Assembly: GCA_038828875.1 (NCBI GenBank)
Contig: JAWBMQ010000007.1
Location: 1 to 52,084 of the forward strand
Source of the DNA: Candidatus Woesearchaeota archaeon
Lineage (GTDB): Archaea > Nanobdellota > Nanobdellia > Woesearchaeales > JAWBMQ01
Reading direction: 5' to 3'
Length of the DNA stretch: 52,084 nt
Part shown: piece by piece, positions 9,529-19,660 of the stretch
How the letters are laid out: each line of letters opens with the position of its first letter
Position numbering within the stretch: the first letter of the stretch is position 1
Notes under the pieces: model-generated
Database searches by the model: none
Told to the model about the DNA's origin: nothing
What the model saw: only the letters and a program-made list of their open reading frames with translations
Made by a program: the position numbers and the translations under genes

Positions 9529-10016
9529 AGCTTTCTAAGTTTTTAATAATTTTAATTTTATTTTTTTCAGTTTATTCAGAGAAAGTAATTTTGTTTAATC
9601 TAGAGAAATGTATTGTAGAAGATGTTGTTGAAAATGTAGTTACTGAAACTAGCGATGTAATACCTCATTATTATGTTAAGTATCAAAATGAAAATTTAAC
9701 TTACGTAATTGGTAAAAATTCTTTAGATTACATCTATCTTCCATTGGTTGATAAGTTTAAAGTTGAAGTTTATGATGATGAGAACGTTTATTGTAATCAA
9801 TCATTCAATGTTCTAATAAAATATGAAAAGATTAGCGAAGATGTGTTAAAAAGATATGTGGACGCGATAGAAAAATATGAAGAAAATGAAAAAATAAATA
9901 AAATGGAAGAATATTCTTTAGCTACGATAATTCCTATTTTTTTGATATTTTTAGTAATTTTTATTGTACTACTCTTCTATAGAAAAATGTACAGGAAATT
10001 AAAAAAGAAAAAGTAA
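9525..10016 (+). CDS. Secreted protein with C-terminal membrane anchor
   Basis: Signal peptide, C-terminal TM and basic tail; overlaps the upstream stop codon. Confidence 0.75.
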   Translation: MKLSKFLIILILFFSVYSEKVILFNLEKCIVEDVVENVVTETSDVIPHYYVKYQNENLTYVIGKNSLDYIYLPLVDKFKVEVYDDENVYCNQSFNVLIKYEKISEDVLKRYVDAIEKYEENEKINKMEEYSLATIIPIFLIFLVIFIVLLFYRKMYRKLKKKK

Positions 10017-10021
10017 TTTTT

Positions 10022-10267
10022 TTATTCTTTGAATTGTTCTAACATACTAACTAAATTCCATAGATTTGTTCTAGTAAATGGTTCTATATTTGGATCTTCG
10101 TCTAATTCTTCTAAAATACTAATACATTTATCAGCTTTGATTGCTTTGTCTTTTCCTTTTTCGTTCAATATTTTTTTGATTTCAGCTAATTTATCTTTAA
10201 CATTTTTTGGAGTAGAATAATCTGTTTCTATTAATTCTACAAATTCAATTATTGCTTTTGCATCCAT
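10022..10267 (-). CDS. UPF0147 family protein
   Basis: DYSTPKNV...ISILEELDEDPNIEPFTRTNLWNLVSMLE; GGTGA RBS favours ATG 10267. Confidence 0.9.
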   Translation of the reverse strand: MDAKAIIEFVELIETDYSTPKNVKDKLAEIKKILNEKGKDKAIKADKCISILEELDEDPNIEPFTRTNLWNLVSMLEQFKE

Positions 10268-10282
10268 GAGAATCACCTCTTT

Positions 10283-10534
10283 TCATTCTTTTTTTTCAGG
10301 AGCATGATTTAATTTTTTCTTTAAAGAGTTTAATTTGAATTCTAACAATTCTTTTTTTTCATTTAGTTTGTTTTCAACATCTTCCTTTTTCTTTTTTATC
10401 ATTAAGTTTCCAACTAATTCGTAAACTTCATCTTTATTTTTTATTTCTTCTAAAACAGAATCAATTTCATTGATTTGCAGTTCTAAATTTTGGATTTGAA
10501 ATACTAATTTTTCCAATTCTTCGTTGTATTCCAT
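10283..10534 (-). CDS. pfdB: Prefoldin beta subunit (short)
   Basis: Coiled coil - VYELVGNLMI hairpin - coiled coil; conserved archaeal gene order after rpo12/pcc1. Confidence 0.85.
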   Translation of the reverse strand: MEYNEELEKLVFQIQNLELQINEIDSVLEEIKNKDEVYELVGNLMIKKKKEDVENKLNEKKELLEFKLNSLKKKLNHAPEKKE

Positions 10535-10536
10535 TT

Positions 10537-10746
10537 TTAATTTATCTTTTCAGTAGTTTCAAAAATTTTCATTGCTTTAATGAATCCATCTAATGTAGCA
10601 CGAAGCGAAGTTGCATCTTTTGCTAAAATGTAAATTTTTTTATCTTTTATTTTACTTTTAGATCTTTCTCCACTATAACATGCAATTTTTAACACATTTT
10701 CGAGTCGTGAATCTTCAAAAGCAATGATTGCTTTATATTTAAACAT
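10537..10746 (-). CDS. pcc1: KEOPS complex subunit Pcc1
   Basis: ERSKSKI...AKDATSLRATLD motif; position between rpo12 and prefoldin. Confidence 0.85.
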   Translation of the reverse strand: MFKYKAIIAFEDSRLENVLKIACYSGERSKSKIKDKKIYILAKDATSLRATLDGFIKAMKIFETTEKIN

Positions 10747-10758
10747 TTTTAAATTTTT

Positions 10759-10893
10759 TTATTCTACTTTTATTTTTGTGGGATGAACTCTTGATTTAAC
10801 AAAGATTCTGCTTCCACAGTAGGGGCATTGTACTTTTCTTTTTAAATAATTTCCATCAACTTCTTTTTTACATTTAAAACAAACATAAGCCAT
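10759..10893 (-). CDS. rpo12: RNA polymerase subunit P (Rpo12), 44 aa; below ORF-track cutoff
   Basis: Hand translation MAYVCFKCKKEVDGNYLKRKVQCPYCGSRIFVKSRVHPTKIKVE; Zn ribbon; GGTGA RBS; follows eL43. Confidence 0.95.
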   Translation of the reverse strand: MAYVCFKCKKEVDGNYLKRKVQCPYCGSRIFVKSRVHPTKIKVE

Positions 10894-10913
10894 TATTTCA
10901 CCTTGTTTTAAAA

Positions 10914-11141
10914 TTAAACTTTCATTTCATCTACAGTGTAAGCATAACCTGTAAATTTAGAATTGCATTTTCTGCATTGCCAAATTCCTACTGCAACTCT
11001 TTTAACTGCTATTTTCCCGCAATAAGGACATCTGTAGGTTTTTCTACTCATCTTTTCAACAGCTTCAGCTCTTTTTCTTACTTTTAAACCATATCTTGCT
11101 CCAAATCGTTTAGTTGGATTTCCTTTAATTTCATTAGCCAT
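10914..11141 (-). CDS. rpl37ae: 50S ribosomal protein L37ae (eL43)
   Basis: RFGARYG, CPYC, VKRVAVGIWQCRKC; GGTGAT RBS favours ATG 11141. Confidence 0.97.
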   Translation of the reverse strand: MANEIKGNPTKRFGARYGLKVRKRAEAVEKMSRKTYRCPYCGKIAVKRVAVGIWQCRKCNSKFTGYAYTVDEMKV

Positions 11142-11174
11142 ATTGATCACCATGTATTTTTTTATTGAAAAATA

Positions 11175-11248
11175 TGGGGCTGCCCGGATTCGAACCGGGG
11201 TCTCAGGCTCCCAAAGCCCGAAGGATAACCAGGCTACCCTACAGCCCC
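11175..11248 (-). tRNA. tRNA-Pro(TGG), no intron, CCA not encoded
   Basis: GGGGCTG/CAGCCCC acceptor stem, anticodon arm CGGGC-TTTGGGA-GCCTG, T loop GTTCGAATC. Confidence 0.97.
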
Positions 11249-11379
11249 TATTTTTAAATTAAAACCTATAAAATATAATTATATTAAAGGAATTCAAGGT
11301 TAATTTATAAATTTTTACATTTTTATAATTTTTATGTTTGAAAAAAATTTTTAAACAATAACAAACAAATAAATTGAAT

Positions 11380-12189
11380 ATGTATTTTAACAATGTTTTT
11401 GTTTTTAGCTATTTGAATAAGCAAGATTTTTCTAATGTTAAAATCCTTTTTAAAGAGGATCTCGATGAATTTATTGTATTTCTTGATAGTATTGATAAAA
11501 AAATAGAGCAGTTGAATGCATTTTCCCTTTCAAGTGCTAATGATAGTTTAGCAATAGGTCAATCAATAAATGAATTTTACAAAGAATACAATCAAATTAT
11601 TTATAGGTTAAGTAAATTTTTTAAAATACTTCGAACTTTTACTGAACAAGAAATAAAGTATTTGAATTTGCTTTTTAAGGATGAATTTCTTTCAGTTAAT
11701 GCTTTTGAATATTCTAATTATTTGAAAAAGGAGAGAGAACAGAAAAATTTGTTTATTAAAAAATTGATTTCTTTTGAAAAAGAAAAGGATTTTCTTTTTC
11801 TCATTTCAATGCACGATAATATTGTCTTTTCAATCTTTCAAGCTCCTACAGAAGATGTAGATGAAAAAATTGTAGAATCTTTGTCTAACAACGGTCAATA
11901 TAAAAGAAAGCTTTTTTATTACTACCTTGTTGGCTTTAGAGTTTGGAATAAGATTTGCAAGAAAAAATTTGAAATGGAAATTGTTGAAAGATTGAGGAGA
12001 AAGAGGGAATTGTATTTTAAAGGATTGTTCAAAGTTTTAGAAATGAAAAAATATGATCAAAGCCATGTGAAGAAGATTTACTCTTCTATTTATTCTATTT
12101 CAACTCATTTAAGAAAAGAAGCTAAAAATCTTAAATATAAGGATATTTTTTCTACTGGTTTGTTACCTTTAAGTGAAATATTTTCTTGA
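11380..12189 (+). CDS. Hypothetical protein
   Basis: Long ORF; no recognised motif; start uncertain (11374 or 11380). Confidence 0.7.
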   Translation: MYFNNVFVFSYLNKQDFSNVKILFKEDLDEFIVFLDSIDKKIEQLNAFSLSSANDSLAIGQSINEFYKEYNQIIYRLSKFFKILRTFTEQEIKYLNLLFKDEFLSVNAFEYSNYLKKEREQKNLFIKKLISFEKEKDFLFLISMHDNIVFSIFQAPTEDVDEKIVESLSNNGQYKRKLFYYYLVGFRVWNKICKKKFEMEIVERLRRKRELYFKGLFKVLEMKKYDQSHVKKIYSSIYSISTHLRKEAKNLKYKDIFSTGLLPLSEIFS

Positions 12190-12311
12190 AATTATTAAAA
12201 TTTATATATTCTTTTTGCCATATGTAATTTGGTATAAGTAAAAAAATTTTCACAAAATTTATATATTAGTATATCATAATGCTATATTAATTTACTAATA
12301 AGGTGATTTTT

Positions 12312-12857
12312 ATGGGAATAAGTAATGAAGAGCTTTCAGCTTATATAAAGAAAAGAAGAGAGCTTTATGGATTTTCTAATCCTTTGCAATCAACAAATAA
12401 AAAAAATGTTGAAAAGACTTCTTTTTTAGATAAAGTAAACTTTTTTAAAAACTTAGTTGGTAAAAAAGAAAAAAATGTGGTGAAATTAACTCCAGAAATA
12501 AAAGAGGCGGATGAAATGATAGATGAAATAGATACAAATAAAAAAATAGAAGAGGAGAATGTAAAATATGAAAAAACAGGTCCTTTGAAAATAGGATTTA
12601 TCGAAAAAATAAAGCAAGTATTTATTAAAAAACAAGATAACGTTTATGTTGAGGAAACTATAGAAGATGATGTTGTTGAATTAGATTATGAAGAAATTAG
12701 GCAAGCGTTTAAGATAGCAAATTCTTTAATAAAAAAATTACCTCCTGCAGTATTGAAAGCATTTAAAGAATCAGATAGTTATCCCATTTATGTTAATACT
12801 ATGAGAAAATTAAAATTAGTTAAGGAAAAAACAACAGAAGATGAACAAGAACAATAA
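12312..12857 (+). CDS. Hypothetical protein
   Basis: GGTGA RBS before ATG 12312; charged protein. Confidence 0.75.
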   Translation: MGISNEELSAYIKKRRELYGFSNPLQSTNKKNVEKTSFLDKVNFFKNLVGKKEKNVVKLTPEIKEADEMIDEIDTNKKIEEENVKYEKTGPLKIGFIEKIKQVFIKKQDNVYVEETIEDDVVELDYEEIRQAFKIANSLIKKLPPAVLKAFKESDSYPIYVNTMRKLKLVKEKTTEDEQEQ

Positions 12858-14871
12858 AATAAAATTTGTAATTATTTTATTTCTATTTTTAATATTTTTT
12901 CTTTCAACGAAAATTTTTGGAGATGTTTATTCTTTGTGTGAATTTAATAATCAATCATTAAAGAATTACTCTAACTTTGCAGAGATAAAAATTTTGGCAA
13001 AAAATGGAATTACTACGGGATCTATTGTTTCAAGATTTCCTATTTATTCAAATAATTCAATTATAGGTTATGTTTATGATAACAAAGAAAGTTGTGATGA
13101 CGTTTCTGATGATGGTCTTTATTGTGGAATAATCCAAGCAAAGGATATCGTAGATAATCAAATATTATTGAAGTATTCATCAATTGCAGAAGAAAAAATA
13201 AACATTTCCATAGTAAATGATACTTTTGCAGATTATTCCATTAGTTGTTCTCAAGATCAAGAATATGCAATTTGTAGAATTAATTCTAAAGATAAATTTA
13301 TTTTGGCAAAAGATAAGAATAAAACAATTGTTACTTCTTTTAGAGATTTACAAGGTTATTTAAGAAATTATGAACTATATCAATACACAGATTTATGTGG
13401 AAAAAGAAAAATAAATCTAGAAATTTTATTTCCGGATTATATTTCGCCTTCTAAACCTAAAATTAGTTGTGATATTTTAAGTGATAATCGTGTTTTGATT
13501 TCCTGGAGTAATTCTTCAGATAATTTTGGTGTAAAAAAGTATGAATTGCTAGGTTGTGGATTTTCAGTTAATCTTTCAGATGATAAAAAGGTTACTGAAT
13601 ATGGAGTAAAAAAAGCTGGATGTAATTTTGAAAAAATTGCAGAATTTAAAAATGATCAAGTTTATGAATTTGAAGGTAAATGTGATAATTGTGAATTATA
13701 TTATCAAGTAAAAGTTTATGATTATTTTAACAATAGTGAAGTTTCCGATATTTGTAAAACGTATACTGATTCCACAAAACCTAAATTAGAAATATATTTT
13801 CAACATCCTGAAAAGATATTAATCCTTTATGGAGATCCTGTTTTTTTGTATTATGATAAGAAGTATCAATTCAAGAATGGTTTAGTTTTAAATTATAGTT
13901 CAAAAATTGATTCAATTTATGCTTATGATGCATTTGGTAATTTTGAAAAATTAGCTATAAACATACAGAATGAAACTCCAACAGTTATTTTTTATAATGG
14001 AAAACCAAATCTTAACATTGTTTATTCAAATAATGAGGTTTTTTCTAAAGATTTGAAAGAAGATAGAAATGGAAAATATTTCTATTATGTTAAAGGTAAT
14101 CATGTTTCTAAGTTTGTTAATTATCTTAATGAAGGTTTTTCAATTAAAAATTCATTTTTATTTTTGAAGAAAGATCTTAATTATTCAGTAGATGGGAATT
14201 ACAAATTGTTTGAGACTGAAGATGAATTTGTAATTGTTTTTAAGAGTATAAATTTAACTTTGAATTATGAGAATCAACAGTATATCTATTCTTTTGTTTC
14301 TGATGATGATTTATTTTCATTAATTAATGCATTATCAATTACAGAGGTTATTAATAAAACAACATTATTTGAAATTATAAATCAATCAATTTCCTATGAT
14401 TATTATCTTAGTGAAGATTTAACAATAAAGCAAAAACCAAAACCATTAAGTGAAGTAATAGAATCTAAAATAATCAATGAATCTAAATCTGGTTTGAATT
14501 TAATTACCGGTTGGGCAGTTAAAAGTGGCGAATTATTGAAACAAATTGCAGTGCCATTATTGTTTGCTTTGATTTTTGGTTTGATTTTGATTTTTATTTT
14601 TATGATCTTTTTATTGGATTATTTTAGAGCTGGATTGTTTAAGAAAGAAAAGATAAGTTTTAAAAAACCAAAGAATGTTTTAGGTAGTTTCAAAAGAAAG
14701 GGATCTAAGGAAGTCCTTCCAGAAGAAATATTGAAAAAAATAGAAGAAAAAAGAAAGATGCAAAATGTTAATGAAGAAGTCAAGCAAAAGTTTATAAATC
14801 AAGCCGTGGAAGAGGATAAAAAGATAGTTCAAAAGCAATTAGAAAGGAAGCGATGGAGATTTATGAGATAA
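12841..14871 (+). CDS. Cell-surface protein with FN3-like domain and C-terminal TM
   Basis: Signal peptide; ISWSNSSDNFGVKKY...YYQVKVYDYFNNS (FN3-like); ITGWAV then TM and a basic cytoplasmic tail. Confidence 0.7.
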   Translation: MNKNNKIKFVIILFLFLIFFLSTKIFGDVYSLCEFNNQSLKNYSNFAEIKILAKNGITTGSIVSRFPIYSNNSIIGYVYDNKESCDDVSDDGLYCGIIQAKDIVDNQILLKYSSIAEEKINISIVNDTFADYSISCSQDQEYAICRINSKDKFILAKDKNKTIVTSFRDLQGYLRNYELYQYTDLCGKRKINLEILFPDYISPSKPKISCDILSDNRVLISWSNSSDNFGVKKYELLGCGFSVNLSDDKKVTEYGVKKAGCNFEKIAEFKNDQVYEFEGKCDNCELYYQVKVYDYFNNSEVSDICKTYTDSTKPKLEIYFQHPEKILILYGDPVFLYYDKKYQFKNGLVLNYSSKIDSIYAYDAFGNFEKLAINIQNETPTVIFYNGKPNLNIVYSNNEVFSKDLKEDRNGKYFYYVKGNHVSKFVNYLNEGFSIKNSFLFLKKDLNYSVDGNYKLFETEDEFVIVFKSINLTLNYENQQYIYSFVSDDDLFSLINALSITEVINKTTLFEIINQSISYDYYLSEDLTIKQKPKPLSEVIESKIINESKSGLNLITGWAVKSGELLKQIAVPLLFALIFGLILIFIFMIFLLDYFRAGLFKKEKISFKKPKNVLGSFKRKGSKEVLPEEILKKIEEKRKMQNVNEEVKQKFINQAVEEDKKIVQKQLERKRWRFMR

Positions 14872-14927
14872 ATTCTGTTGCATAATTCAAAAAATTTATA
14901 ATATAGTTTTTTTATTAGGTTTCTGAA

Positions 14928-15473
14928 ATGGAAAATAGTTGGAAAAAGGTTATTGATAATGCGGATTTGAAAGTTTATGAATTCAGTAATGGGAAGGAGA
15001 AAAAAATAGTTGAAGCAAGATTAGAAAACGATAAATGGCATATTATTAAGAAAGAAAATGATTCTGTTAATGAATTTTTAGTAGATAAAAATGATTTTGA
15101 AAGTATGCTTCAGATGATCTTTGAAGAGAAGACAGTTAAGAATAATGTGGCAAAAAAACATAAAAAAGAATCTAATTTTATCAAATTTTACAGATACTTT
15201 AAAGATTCTAACAGCGAAAAATGGACAATTTCTATAAATAATGAATCTTATTCTAATTTTCTTTATCTATACTTAGGAGATTTAGTTGTTGTTGATGTGA
15301 TTTTGCATATAAAATATAAACCAATGCAAAAGAAAATTTTTGACGAAATTAAAGTTGTTTTAGGAATTTATAATGAAGATATTGAATGGAACGTTTATTA
15401 TTATTCTTACAATGATAAATTTTTTGAAATAAAGGATATTGATGTTTTAGAAGGGTGGAACGATGAAGATTAA
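14928..15473 (+). CDS. Hypothetical protein
   Basis: ORF with upstream TATA-like element; overlaps the thrS start. Confidence 0.7.
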   Translation: MENSWKKVIDNADLKVYEFSNGKEKKIVEARLENDKWHIIKKENDSVNEFLVDKNDFESMLQMIFEEKTVKNNVAKKHKKESNFIKFYRYFKDSNSEKWTISINNESYSNFLYLYLGDLVVVDVILHIKYKPMQKKIFDEIKVVLGIYNEDIEWNVYYYSYNDKFFEIKDIDVLEGWNDED

Positions 15474-17361
15474 TTATAATGGAAAAATTTATGAAACAAA
15501 TGCAAAAGATTTGTTAGATTTTATGAGTGAAGTTTCAGCAAAAGGATTAGTAGCGGAAGTTGATGGAACATTGTACGATTTAACAACACCCTTAACAATG
15601 TTTCAAGATGGATTTACTGTGAATTTTTATGATTTTAATCACAAAAAAGGAAAAGAGGTTTTTTGGCATACTTCTAGCCATATTTTAGCTCAAGCTATTT
15701 TGAGATTGTTTCCTAATGCTAAATTGGCTATAGGTCCTGCAATTGATGAAGGTTTTTATTACGATATTGATGTTTCAATTAAAGAAGAAGATCTTAAAAA
15801 GATTGAAGAAGAAATGAAGAAAATTATAAAAGAAAATTTGAAAATAATTAGAGAGGAAATTGATTATGCTAAAGCTAGGGAATTGTTTAAAGATAATCCT
15901 TACAAGATGGAGTTAATCGAGGAGTATAAAGATGGAAAATTAACTATTTATAAACAAGGAGAATTTTATGATCTTTGTAGAGGACCACATTTGCCAAGCA
16001 CAGGTTACGTAGGTGCAATAAAAATTATGAAACTTGCAGGAGCTTATTGGAGAGGAGATTCTAGAAATAAAATGCTTACTAGAATTTATGGAATTTCTTT
16101 TGCGAGTGAAAAGGAGCTAAATGATTATTTAACAATGTTAGAAGAAGCTAAGAAAAGAGATCATAGAGTTTTAGGAGAGCAATTAGATTTGTTTAGCTTT
16201 CATGAAGAAGGACCAGGTTTTGTGTTTTGGCATTTTAAAGGAATGATTTTAAGAAATATTCTTATGGATTTGTGGAGAAAGGTCCATTATAAGCAAGGTT
16301 ATCAAGAGATTTCAACACCAATAATGCTAAACGAAGAACTTTGGCATAGAAGTGGTCATTGGGATCACTATAGAAAAAATATGTATTTTACTACAATTGA
16401 TGAACAAGTTTATGCAGTAAAGCCAATGAATTGTCCTGGTGGAATTTTGGTGTACAAATCAAGACCAAGATCTTATAAGGAATTTCCTTTGAAATTAGGA
16501 GAATTTGGTTTAGTACATAGACATGAATTGAGTGGAGTGTTGCATGGTTTGTTAAGGGTAAGAGCGTTTACACAAGATGATGCACATATTTACTGTGAAC
16601 CTGAAAATATGAAAAAAGAGATAATGGATGTGGTTAAGTTAATAGATTCTATGTATAAGATTTTTGGTTTTTCATATCATGTAGAGATTTCAACAAGACC
16701 TGAAAGTAGAGTTGGTAGCGATGAACTATGGGATTTAGCAGAATCCGCATTAGAGGAAGTTTGTAAAGAAATGCATTTGAATTATAAGATAAATCCAGGA
16801 GATGGTGCTTTTTATGGTCCAAAAATTGATTTTCACATTAAAGATTCTCTAGGCAGAACTTGGCAATGTGCAACAGTTCAAGTAGATTTTAACATGCCTA
16901 TGAGATTTGAATTAACGTATATGGGAAAAGATGGAACATATAATCATACTCCTGTAATGCTTCATAGAGTTGTTTATGGTAGTTTAGAAAGATTTATAGG
17001 AATTTTAATAGAACATTATGCTGGAAAGTTTCCATTATGGTTAAATCCCGTACAAGTTAAAATCTTAACAGTGGCAGATAGATTTGAAGATAAAGCAAAA
17101 GCTATAGGTAAAAAATTAGAAAATGTTGGTTTTAGAGTAGCATATGATTTTGAGGCAATGACAATTAACAAAAAAGTAAGAAATGCAGAGTTAGAAAAGG
17201 TTAATTATATTTTAGTAATTGGAGAAAAAGATAGCGAAGAAAATTTAGCAATTAGAAATCGTGAGGGAAAAGTAGAAAATAAATCATTAGAAGAATTTAT
17301 CAATGCCATGAAAGAAGAAATTAATCAGCCATTCAAGCATTTAGAGATAAAGTTGATTTAA
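15463..17361 (+). CDS. thrS: Threonyl-tRNA synthetase, bacterial/eukaryotic type
   Basis: HTSSH and DLCRGPH editing motifs, KPMNCP, RVRAFTQDDAH, GAFYGPKID, HRVVYGSLERF. Confidence 0.97.
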   Translation: MKINYNGKIYETNAKDLLDFMSEVSAKGLVAEVDGTLYDLTTPLTMFQDGFTVNFYDFNHKKGKEVFWHTSSHILAQAILRLFPNAKLAIGPAIDEGFYYDIDVSIKEEDLKKIEEEMKKIIKENLKIIREEIDYAKARELFKDNPYKMELIEEYKDGKLTIYKQGEFYDLCRGPHLPSTGYVGAIKIMKLAGAYWRGDSRNKMLTRIYGISFASEKELNDYLTMLEEAKKRDHRVLGEQLDLFSFHEEGPGFVFWHFKGMILRNILMDLWRKVHYKQGYQEISTPIMLNEELWHRSGHWDHYRKNMYFTTIDEQVYAVKPMNCPGGILVYKSRPRSYKEFPLKLGEFGLVHRHELSGVLHGLLRVRAFTQDDAHIYCEPENMKKEIMDVVKLIDSMYKIFGFSYHVEISTRPESRVGSDELWDLAESALEEVCKEMHLNYKINPGDGAFYGPKIDFHIKDSLGRTWQCATVQVDFNMPMRFELTYMGKDGTYNHTPVMLHRVVYGSLERFIGILIEHYAGKFPLWLNPVQVKILTVADRFEDKAKAIGKKLENVGFRVAYDFEAMTINKKVRNAELEKVNYILVIGEKDSEENLAIRNREGKVENKSLEEFINAMKEEINQPFKHLEIKLI

Positions 17362-17365
17362 TTTT

Positions 17366-18229
17366 TTATTTCATAGTATTTATGATTTCTTCAATTGTCT
17401 TAGCTTTTGAAATTTTTTCTCTGATTTCTTTTGCATTGTTCATTCCTTTTGAAAAAATAAAAGAAACGTTTTTTATTCTGTAAAAGTCAATTTTGAATTC
17501 TTGAGCAAGTTCAATGTAGTGAAAAAAAAGATCTTTTTGATTTAATTTTTTATTGTTTTCAATTTCTGAAAATATTGAAGGATTTGCTAAAACTCCACGA
17601 GCAATCATTAATCCATCTAAATTATTTTTTCTACTAAAAAAATCTTCCTTTTTGAAAATGTCTCCATTACCAATAACCAAAAAGTTTGATTCTTCTTTTA
17701 CTTTATAAATTGATTCATAGTTTGCTTTTCCACTGAATCCTTGTTTTACTGTTCTTCCATGAAGAATTAGTTCATCTACATCTAAATTTGTAAGAATTTT
17801 AGAGATATCTTTTCCATATCCTAATCTTGTTTTAAATGAATAAGGTAATGATAATTCTTTTCTACATTTTTTTGAAAAAAGGATCATTCTTTTTGGATTT
17901 TTTAACCAGTAACCTCCTGCTTTGCTATCCAGAATATTTTTTGAAGGACAACCAAAATTAAAGTTTATAAAATCAATTTCTTGATTTTTTTCTAAAATTT
18001 TTGCAGCTTTTATCATTTCATTCATTTTATTTCCAAAAATTTGAACTCCATATTGCAATGCTTTTCCTCTTTCAATTTTCCATGTTTCAATTTTATTTCT
18101 AATTATTGCTTCACTGTGTAACATTTCAGAATAAGTAACTACTTTTGCAGTTTTGCTTATTAATGTTCTGAAAGCTACATCAGTGTAATCATGCATTGGT
18201 GCAAGATGTAAAAAACTTTTGTGAAACAT
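17366..18229 (-). CDS. dus: tRNA-dihydrouridine synthase
   Basis: LAPM, NFGCP, HGRT, GNGDI, MIARG. Confidence 0.93.
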   Translation of the reverse strand: MFHKSFLHLAPMHDYTDVAFRTLISKTAKVVTYSEMLHSEAIIRNKIETWKIERGKALQYGVQIFGNKMNEMIKAAKILEKNQEIDFINFNFGCPSKNILDSKAGGYWLKNPKRMILFSKKCRKELSLPYSFKTRLGYGKDISKILTNLDVDELILHGRTVKQGFSGKANYESIYKVKEESNFLVIGNGDIFKKEDFFSRKNNLDGLMIARGVLANPSIFSEIENNKKLNQKDLFFHYIELAQEFKIDFYRIKNVSFIFSKGMNNAKEIREKISKAKTIEEIINTMK

Positions 18230-18281
18230 AAAAAATGTTAGAAAATAAAATTTAATAAACTTATTTATTTTTCAAATTTTA

Positions 18282-18584
18282 ATGAATAACGAACTTATCA
18301 ATGGTTTGCTAGAGGAGTTGCAAAATGTAAGAAAAATTATAATTGACAATTCATACAAAAGGATATTGATTCAATTACCAGATGGTTTGAAATGTTATGC
18401 AGATTTAATTTTTGATAACTTATCAGACATCTGTGAAGTTTTCTTCTATGGAAATTCCAATTTTGGAGGATGTGATTTGCCTAATATAGAAGGATTTGAT
18501 GCTGTTTTTAATTTCTACCATACAGAATATTTTTCTACAGCCCAGCTGAATGACATTCAATATGATGAATTAAAAAATAAATAG
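18282..18584 (+). CDS. dph2: Diphthamide synthesis protein Dph2, N-terminal domain only (split or truncated)
   Basis: ILIQLPDGLK and FGGCD motifs; stops at 100 aa with no continuation visible downstream. Confidence 0.75.
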   Translation: MNNELINGLLEELQNVRKIIIDNSYKRILIQLPDGLKCYADLIFDNLSDICEVFFYGNSNFGGCDLPNIEGFDAVFNFYHTEYFSTAQLNDIQYDELKNK

Positions 18585-18668
18585 TTTTCAAACAATGATC
18601 AATTTTTTGAAAAATTTTTAATTTTTCTTAGAAAATCTATTTTAACATAATCAAACTTTTCTTTTCAG

Positions 18669-19640
18669 GTGAAACCTATGATGCAAGATAATGAAAATTT
18701 CAAAGATTTGGAAAATATCGTAAGAAAGTATGAAAACAATCTTCCGCCGTTGTTAAATTATCAAAACAACTTTGAGAATAATTCAGATGTTAAAAGCATA
18801 AAAGAAATTATGTCTGAAGTAAAAAAAGATTATGATAAATTAATAAGAGAGTTTAATATTGTTTTAGGAGATAATTCAAATTTATTAAAAAAGGTATGGT
18901 ATAAAGTAGTTCCAAAAAATTCAAAAGAATTAACACAAGAATTAGAGAAGATACATAATCTTTACTTAGCAAAAACTAATAAGCTTTATATTGATGTGGA
19001 AAATGAATATAGAAAAATAGAAAAAAATCTATTATTGGTAGAAGAATTGATAAAAGAAAAGCAAACTGAGTATTACAAAGTTAAAGATGATTTGTTAGTT
19101 ATGAAATCTTTCTATGATAAATTTGTTAAAGAAAATGGAGTAACTGAATTAAACAAGTTTGAGTTAAAAAGAATTGAAAGAGGAATTTTTTCAGCTTACA
19201 ATTCTTTGTGTTCTTTGGAAGCTCAAATTAAGTATTTGAATTCAACATATCAACAGTTACACAATACACAAATTTTATTGAATGAAGAATCTAAATTTTT
19301 AAATCAAATCTCTACATTTTTACAAGCATCTCTTGCAAGAGTACAAACTCTTAACACTGAGTTTGATATTAAAGCTTTCTATGATATTATAGAGAAATCT
19401 TCAAAATTAATAACGGGATTAAATTCAACAATGGGAAAATATGGAAATTTGAAATTGAAAGAAGAAAGATCTCTTGATAATATTTTAAGGAATGTTAATA
19501 ATTCTAATGAAGTTTATGAAAAGCAGATGAAGAATTTTGAAGATAATATGATGATAAATCAAAAAATAGGAGAATTAAGAGATTTGAATAAAATTATAGA
19601 AGAATTTGAAAAGAAATTAGAAAATAAAGAAAAATCATAA
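18669..19640 (+). CDS. Long coiled-coil protein
   Basis: Helical heptad-like composition; true start may be ATG 18678/18681 after GGTGA. Confidence 0.75.
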   Translation: MKPMMQDNENFKDLENIVRKYENNLPPLLNYQNNFENNSDVKSIKEIMSEVKKDYDKLIREFNIVLGDNSNLLKKVWYKVVPKNSKELTQELEKIHNLYLAKTNKLYIDVENEYRKIEKNLLLVEELIKEKQTEYYKVKDDLLVMKSFYDKFVKENGVTELNKFELKRIERGIFSAYNSLCSLEAQIKYLNSTYQQLHNTQILLNEESKFLNQISTFLQASLARVQTLNTEFDIKAFYDIIEKSSKLITGLNSTMGKYGNLKLKEERSLDNILRNVNNSNEVYEKQMKNFEDNMMINQKIGELRDLNKIIEEFEKKLENKEKS

Positions 19641-19660
19641 TGTGATTTAAAGGTGAAAAT

